Origin: Synechococcus elongatus PCC 6301 | GTDB lineage: Bacteria; Cyanobacteriota; Cyanobacteriia; Synechococcales; Synechococcaceae | Direction of reading: 5' to 3' | Assembly (NCBI RefSeq): GCF_000010065.1 | Contig: NC_006576.1 | Location: 2,190,001 to 2,222,000, forward strand | Length of the DNA: 32,000 nucleotides | In this document: positions 26,730 to 32,000 of the stretch, one piece after another | Layout: each line of letters begins with the position of its first letter | How positions within the stretch are numbered: position 1 is the stretch's first letter | Translations under genes and position numbers: made by a program | Notes under the pieces: generated by a model | Database searches by the model: none | Told to the model about the DNA's origin: nothing | What the model saw: the letters and a program-made list of their open reading frames with translations, nothing else

Positions 26730-27482
26730 GTGGCCCTTCCCCTCTTGAACTACGCGCCAACAACGCAAAATTCGCGCGTAGCTGGCTTCGAAGTTCCTGG
26801 CGACGAGCAGCCAAAACAGTACAACACCGAAGACCAGTACTCACCGGTCCAATTTGATGAAGTGATTCAGGCGGCCTATCGCCAAATCTTCTTCCACGCC
26901 TTCAAGTGCGATCGCCAAACTGTTCTGGAATCGCAGCTGCGGAATGGTCAAATCACCGTTCGCGATTTCATCCGTGGGCTGTTGCTCTCTGCAACCTTCC
27001 GTTCCAGTTTCTACGACAAGAACAGTAACTATCGTTTTGTCGAGCAAGTGGTCCAACGGGTGTTGGGTCGCGATGTTTACGGCGAACGGGAAAAAATTGC
27101 TTGGTCTTTGGCCGTTGCAACCCAAGGCTATGAAGGGTTCATCGACACTCTGCTCAACAGCGATGAATACCTGAGCAATTTCGGCTACGACAAGGTGCCT
27201 TACCAACGTCGTCGCGTCCTGCCGGGTCGCGCCCTGGGCGAAACCCCGTTCAACATCAAATCGCCCCGCTACGACAGCTACTACCGCACGATTCTCGGCT
27301 TCCCGAAAGCCGTCTTCGCCGGTGGTCCTGGCAAGCGCTTCCCTGCGCAATACCTCAGTGCCAAAGCGGGTGATCCAGGTGCCTACTTGGCCTTGGCTCG
27401 CAGCATCGGTGCTCGTGGTCAAGCCCTGAGTGCTTCGGCGGATATCGATTACCTCAGCAAAGTCCCTTACCGCAAGCGCTAA
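26730..27482 (+). CDS. cpcG: phycobilisome rod-core linker polypeptide
   Basis: It lies inside ORF 26682..27482. I place the start at GTG 26730 (AGGGAG 10 nt upstream), giving (M)[27 protein letters not shown]..., the canonical CpcG N-terminus. A PBS-linker domain follows ([14 protein letters not shown]...[18 protein letters not shown]). Confidence 0.9.
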
Positions 27483-27517
27483 AGGATCGGGTCACTCCCT
27501 AACCATTAGCGTTGCCG

Positions 27518-27556
27518 AAGCTGTTGCTTTCTTTGAGAGCAGCAGCTTTGTTTTTT
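27518..27556 (+). terminator. cpcG rho-independent terminator
   Basis: AAGCTGTTGCT (27518-27528) pairs with AGCAGCAGCTT (27538-27548), an 11-bp stem with one mismatch. It is followed by TGTTTTTT (27549-27556). Confidence 0.7.
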
Positions 27557-27644
27557 GCAGGATCTGGACTGCCAGCGTGAGCGCTAAGCAAGACAGAAAG
27601 CCACCTTGCCGAGCGCTCGTGATTTTCCCCACTCGCATGAGGAT

Positions 27645-29237
27645 TTATCGTTGCCAACTCGCAATCAGACTGAGGGGATTATGGCGATCGCCGGTTAACT
27701 GAACGCCGCGTTGATTGGCTTCGAGATGGCGCAGGATTTTGTAGATCGTTTCAATCTGCTCACTCTGACCTAAATCGTCTGCGATCGCTGCGATCGAGAG
27801 TGGTTGTCCCTGTTGGAGCAACTCCACAATCTGGCGCTGGATCTCGAGAACACCGGCAGCAGCCTTTTTGCCGGCTTCCACCCCCGGCTGGTGATAGGCA
27901 TTGATGCCAACCAAGCTGGCATAGAGTCCCACCGCCCGTTCATACAGCGCGATCAAGGCCCCCACCTGTTGTGCATCAACGCGCGGCACCGTAATCGTGA
28001 TCGACTCACGCCCATTTTCGTAAAGCGCCGCGCGGGTGCCTTGAAGCAGCCCGCTGAGATAGTCGCCACTGGTGATGCCAGGCTCCACGACTGGCGACGG
28101 CCCCTGTCGGTCTTCGAGCACCTCGATAAACGTGGCAAAGAAGTTAGGAATGCCCTCGCGCAGTTGCTGGACGTAGGCATGTTGATCGGTCGAGCCTTTG
28201 TTGCCGTAAACGGCGATGCCTTGGTGAACTACCTTGCCGAGCAGATCGCGCTCCTTGCCCAGTGACTCCATGATCAACTGCTGCAGATAGCGGCTAAACA
28301 GCAGCAGGCTGTCCTTGTAGGGCAGGATGACCATGTCTTTTTTGCCTTGCCCATTGCCGGCCCAGTACCAGCTCAAAGCCAAGAGCGCTGCCGGATTTTG
28401 TCGCAAATCGGAATGGCGGGTCAGGGCGTCCATTTGCCGCGCCCCGGCCAGCATGGCGGTGATGTCGATGCCCAGTAGGGCTGCCGAGAGTAGACCGACT
28501 GCAGATAGTTCAGAGGTGCGGCCGCCCACCCAGTCTTCCATGGGGAAACGGGCCAGCCATCTTTCTGTGATCGCTACATGATCGAGATGGCTCCCCACCC
28601 CTGTGACGGCGACAGCTTGGGGCGCAAAGGCAATCCCTCGCTGGGCAAAGGCGGACTGAACCTCCAGCATGCCGTTGCGGGTTTCGGGAGTGCCGCCAGA
28701 TTTGGAAATAACGATTACTAAGGTGGAAGCAAGGCGATCGCCGAGATCAGCTAAAACGCGATCGAAGCCAGCTGGATCGGTGTTGTCAAAGAAGTGAATC
28801 TGGAGCAGTGCCGCTTGAGGCCGGAGGGCTTCTGAGACAAACTGCGGCCCTAGGGCCGACCCGCCAATGCCAATTGAGAGAATGTCGGTGAAGCGGGAGC
28901 CGGTGGGTGGCCGCAACACGCCACTGTGTACTTTGAGGGCGAAGTCTTGGATCGCGGCCAGCGTGTCGCGAATTTGGGTCTGCAGCTCCGGTGTGGGTGC
29001 CAGCTCAGGATCGCGCAGCCAGTAGTGGCCGACCATCCGCTGTTCATCGGGGTTGGCGATCGCTCCGGCCTCGAGCTCTGCCATCGCCGCAAAGGCGTGC
29101 TGGAACTTGGGCTGCATGCTAGTAACGAAAGCGTCATCGAATCCCATGCGGCTGATGTCGAGGTAAAACTCCAGCGAGGGATCGTAGTAGAGCCAATCGA
29201 GGTAGCGTTGCCAGAGCTGCTGGGCGGTCATAGACAA
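27645..29237 (-). CDS. pgi: glucose-6-phosphate isomerase
   Basis: A 530-aa ORF. Typical PGI sequence includes [24 protein letters not shown] and [15 protein letters not shown]. Confidence 0.95.
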   Translation of the reverse strand: MSMTAQQLWQRYLDWLYYDPSLEFYLDISRMGFDDAFVTSMQPKFQHAFAAMAELEAGAIANPDEQRMVGHYWLRDPELAPTPELQTQIRDTLAAIQDFALKVHSGVLRPPTGSRFTDILSIGIGGSALGPQFVSEALRPQAALLQIHFFDNTDPAGFDRVLADLGDRLASTLVIVISKSGGTPETRNGMLEVQSAFAQRGIAFAPQAVAVTGVGSHLDHVAITERWLARFPMEDWVGGRTSELSAVGLLSAALLGIDITAMLAGARQMDALTRHSDLRQNPAALLALSWYWAGNGQGKKDMVILPYKDSLLLFSRYLQQLIMESLGKERDLLGKVVHQGIAVYGNKGSTDQHAYVQQLREGIPNFFATFIEVLEDRQGPSPVVEPGITSGDYLSGLLQGTRAALYENGRESITITVPRVDAQQVGALIALYERAVGLYASLVGINAYHQPGVEAGKKAAAGVLEIQRQIVELLQQGQPLSIAAIADDLGQSEQIETIYKILRHLEANQRGVQLTGDRHNPLSLIASWQR

Positions 29238-29353
29238 GCTGGGAGCGACCTCGCTAGTCTATCGGCGCGATCGCGGTTTTCTGTGTGCGATCGCCCAGAA
29301 CTTTTCCAGTTTTTACGCTCTGCGCCTTGGTTAGCCGACTGCAGTGGCTAGTT

Positions 29354-30415
29354 CTAAAGAAATTTTTCGAGCACTTGGCAAGTTTCTTTACCGGTGGCTT
29401 CCCAGCTGAAACGGCTGGCTTGCTGGAAGCCCCGATCGCGCAGGGACTGCCGCAGATTTGAATCGTCGATTAGGTCGCGCATGGCGGCAGCGATCGCCTC
29501 AATGCGATAGGGGTCGACGTAGAGAACGGCCTCACCGCCCACTTCTGATAGCGAAGAGCCATGGGCAGTGATCACTGGGGTGCCGCAGGCCATCGCCTCT
29601 AGAATCGGTAGGCCAAAGCCTTCCCAAAGGCTGGGATAGACGAGGGCGATCGCCTCACCAATCAGCCGCGGCAGATCGGCGTAGTCCACGTAGCGCAGGA
29701 ATTGCACCCGATCCCGCAGTCCCAAACTATGCACAAGTTGCTCTAACCGAGGTGTTTCGGAGGCATGACGACTGCCAGCGAGATACAGCTGATAGTCCGT
29801 CGGTAACTGGGCAAACGCCCGAATCAGGCGCTCTAGATTCTTGTGGGGAAACTGTTGCCCAATGTGGAGGAAGTAGTTGCTGGTTTTGCCGCTCCAAGGC
29901 TGATAGTGCTGGCGATCGTAGCCCAGGTAAATCGGCGTAATTTTCTGGGCGGGCAGTTGATAAAAATGACAGAGATCGGTAGCGGTTGCTTCCGAGTTGC
30001 AGAGCACATGACTCGCCTGCGCCACAATTTTGGGCACGACCCAGCGGAAATAGTAGGTCTGCCAAGAGTGCGATGGCAGTTGCAGGGGACGCAGATCATG
30101 AACCATCACCACCGATCGGCAGTGGCGATCAATCGGGGCTTCGGGCGCCGGTGAAAATAACAGTCGACTACCCAGCCGGCGATAGAGTTTGGGAACTTGG
30201 GTCTGGGTCCAATAGAGCCTAGCCAAGCGGGCTCTTCGCCCGCGATCGGAGCAGAGCCGCGAGGAAATGAGCTGATGGTCAAACCCCTCGTAGAGGCGAT
30301 CGCTCAGGAGGGTGGGCTGCAGCGATCGCAGATAGGGCAACAAACTGAGGGCATAGGTACTGATCCCTGTGGGCTGGCGCAGCACCATTGCCAAATTGAC
30401 TAACAGATTGCCCAC
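29354..30415 (-). CDS. glycosyltransferase family 4 (group 1 glycosyl transferase)
   Basis: A 353-aa ORF with the C-terminal GT-B motif YPSLWEGFGLPILEAMACGTPVITAHGSSLSEVGG. Confidence 0.85.
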   Translation of the reverse strand: MGNLLVNLAMVLRQPTGISTYALSLLPYLRSLQPTLLSDRLYEGFDHQLISSRLCSDRGRRARLARLYWTQTQVPKLYRRLGSRLLFSPAPEAPIDRHCRSVVMVHDLRPLQLPSHSWQTYYFRWVVPKIVAQASHVLCNSEATATDLCHFYQLPAQKITPIYLGYDRQHYQPWSGKTSNYFLHIGQQFPHKNLERLIRAFAQLPTDYQLYLAGSRHASETPRLEQLVHSLGLRDRVQFLRYVDYADLPRLIGEAIALVYPSLWEGFGLPILEAMACGTPVITAHGSSLSEVGGEAVLYVDPYRIEAIAAAMRDLIDDSNLRQSLRDRGFQQASRFSWEATGKETCQVLEKFL

Positions 30416-30429
30416 GATTGCGTCTGCAC

Positions 30430-31173
30430 CTAAGCCAATCCTATGAGTTTACGGCGCCCGAACTTCAGCCAATTGATCAGCCAATAAACACCACTGCGCC
30501 ATCGGCCTAAATCCGGCTGGCGACGCTGGGCTTGGAAGGTCTCAGCAAAGACTCGGCTAATGCGGGTGTTGCTTAGCCCGCCCATGCTCAGGCAGAGGAT
30601 GACTTGATTGGTGTGGACGGCCTTCAAGTCGGGCGGTAGCCGCAGGAGCCAGTCGTAGTCGCCACAGATGCGAAAGCGCTCATCAAACAGGCCAATACGA
30701 TCAAACAGCGATCGCCGCATCAGCAGTCCCGGATGACTGAGGATCATCGACTCCCGCATCCGCTGCCAATCCCAGGCATAGCCCCAGGTGCGTAGAAATT
30801 TCCCCTCGGGGCTGTAGTAGGCATTGCGCCCGCTCACCAAATCGGGCTGCCCCACAGTCAGCTCTAGCAGTTGTTGGAGAGCTGTGGGACTGGCGTAATA
30901 ATCGTCTGCACCAACGAAGGCGACATAATCGCCACTGGCGCGGGCGATCGCTTTGTTCCAAGCGTGATAGATGCCACGATCGCGCTCACTTTCCCAGTAG
31001 GTCAGGCGATCGCTCCAGCCTTGCAGCAACTCAACCGTGCCATCGCTGGAGGCATTGTCAAAGACCAAGACTTCACAATCTGCCCGTACTGTTTGTTGTT
31101 CAATACTGTCGAGACAGCGGGCTAAGCCGATCGCATCGTTAAAGGTGGCGATGATCAAAGAGAGCTTGGGCAC
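30430..31173 (-). CDS. glycosyltransferase family 2
   Basis: A 247-aa ORF with GT-A N-terminal motifs LSLIIATFNDAIGLARCLDSIEQQT, FDNASSDGT and a DxD-like VGADD. Confidence 0.85.
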   Translation of the reverse strand: MPKLSLIIATFNDAIGLARCLDSIEQQTVRADCEVLVFDNASSDGTVELLQGWSDRLTYWESERDRGIYHAWNKAIARASGDYVAFVGADDYYASPTALQQLLELTVGQPDLVSGRNAYYSPEGKFLRTWGYAWDWQRMRESMILSHPGLLMRRSLFDRIGLFDERFRICGDYDWLLRLPPDLKAVHTNQVILCLSMGGLSNTRISRVFAETFQAQRRQPDLGRWRSGVYWLINWLKFGRRKLIGLA

Positions 31174-31175
31174 GC

Positions 31176-32000
31176 CTAGTACGCATTGCGACTGAGGAAG
31201 CCTTTGAGCAGCGTCATGCCAATAATCTGCAGGTCAAAGGCAAGGGACCAGTTCTCAATGTAGTAGAGGTCGTACTCAATCCGCTTGCGTAGATCCGTGT
31301 CGCCGCGCAGCCCGTTCACCTGTGCCCAGCCAGTAATTCCTGCCTTGACCATGTGTTTCTTCATGTAGTCAGGGATTTCATCCTTGAACTGCTCGACAAA
31401 CAGCGATCGCTCGGGACGAGGACCGACGATCGACATCTCACCGCGCAAGACGTTAATAAACTGCGGCAACTCATCCAAACTAGTGCGCCGTAGGAAACTT
31501 CCCAGCGGTGTGGTGGGCTTGGCGTAGGCTTTGCCCCACTGCACCCCTTTTGCTTCTGAATTCACCGGCATCGACCGGAACTTGAGCATCATAAACGGCT
31601 GCCCATTCCAGCCAATTCGCTCCTGGCGATAGAAGATTGGGCCCGGTGAGGTCAGCCTGATGCCGATCGCGATCGCCAGCATGACTGGACTCGCTAGTAG
31701 CAGAATCATGCCTGCTAAGACCTTGTCCTCGATCGCCTTGATGAAGCGATTGGAGCCCATCATCGGTGAGGCGTTGAGGTCAATGAGTGGTACGCCCAAA
31801 ACTTCTGTGAAGCCGTGGTTGATCAGCCGGAAGCTAAAGACATCAGGTATTAGGCGGATTGTCACCGTGCTGTGGCGCAACAGATGCAAAATTTCTTGGA
31901 CGCGATCCTGTGCCCGTAAGGGCAAGGCTAACCAGACTTCATGGGCGTCAAAACGATCGATCCAAGTTTCAATCTGGTCAACCTGAGCCGTGATTGGAAT
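31176..32000 (-). CDS. polyprenyl-phosphate sugar phosphotransferase (WbaP/WcaJ-type bacterial sugar transferase), 5' end beyond the window
   Basis: The C-terminal Bac_transf domain reads PGPIFYRQERIGWNGQPFMMLKFRSM...DELPQFINVLRGEMSIVGPRPE...GITGWAQVNG. By hand the frame stays open upstream of the track's TTG (31925) to the window end (...IPITAQVDQIETWIDRFDAHEVWLALPL...), so the gene is truncated by the window. Confidence 0.85.
   Translation of the reverse strand: MPITAQVDQIETWIDRFDAHEVWLALPLRAQDRVQEILHLLRHSTVTIRLIPDVFSFRLINHGFTEVLGVPLIDLNASPMMGSNRFIKAIEDKVLAGMILLLASPVMLAIAIGIRLTSPGPIFYRQERIGWNGQPFMMLKFRSMPVNSEAKGVQWGKAYAKPTTPLGSFLRRTSLDELPQFINVLRGEMSIVGPRPERSLFVEQFKDEIPDYMKKHMVKAGITGWAQVNGLRGDTDLRKRIEYDLYYIENWSLAFDLQIIGMTLLKGFLSRNAY

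Noticed and set aside
26841-28265. Antisense ORFs in cpcG (193 aa) and pgi (153 aa)
   Set aside because: They lie opposite strongly supported genes and have no independent signals.
1-32000. Search for CRISPR arrays, transposase, integrase or recombinase genes, tRNA/rRNA genes, toxin-antitoxin pairs, restriction-modification or other known defence modules
   Set aside because: No regularly spaced direct repeats are present and no ORF has recognisable transposase, integrase or nuclease-defence motifs. No tRNA-like T-arm (GTTCGAATC-type) sequence occurs outside coding regions. The abundant GCGATCGC copies are the dispersed HIP1 octamer, not a CRISPR or a mobile element.

Overview
This is a cyanobacterial chromosomal segment that looks like Synechococcus elongatus. 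GCGATCGC (HIP1) octamers are scattered through most genes. The gene order is psaA-psaB (+), gcvP-gcvH (-), smc (+), PRC-barrel protein, speD, small RHH protein, murJ (-), sfsA, coiled-coil protein, XRE-cupin regulator, membrane protein plus two Rieske oxygenases (+), glycosyltransferase / methyltransferase / MFS (-), cpcS-cpcG (+), pgi (-), and a GT4-GT2-sugar-phosphotransferase operon (-). From memory only, this matches the Synpcc7942_2026-2050 neighbourhood of S. elongatus PCC 7942/6301, which needs BLAST confirmation. About 75% of the window is ordinary core genome. I found no CRISPR array, transposase or integrase, tRNA or rRNA, and no recognisable defence or toxin-antitoxin system. I do not see convincing evidence for a new biological system. 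Three things deserve a second look. (1) Five single-nucleotide frame disruptions, all in short homopolymers, break murJ once, the second Rieske oxygenase twice and the GT1 glycosyltransferase twice, all within 15.2-23.8 kb. The long core genes show none. (2) An accessory-looking convergent cluster at about 18.9-25.9 kb combines an XRE-cupin regulator, a membrane protein, two PAO-like Rieske oxygenases, a GT1, a SAM methyltransferase and an MFS transporter. It reads like a module that modifies and exports a small molecule. (3) An AT-rich patch at about 18.5-19.7 kb uses atypical codons. Several intergenic structures are also reported at low confidence: nested helices between gcvH and smc, twin G5/C5 hairpins, and palindromes and repeats upstream of speD. 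All coordinates and translations at junctions were worked out by hand from the sequence.
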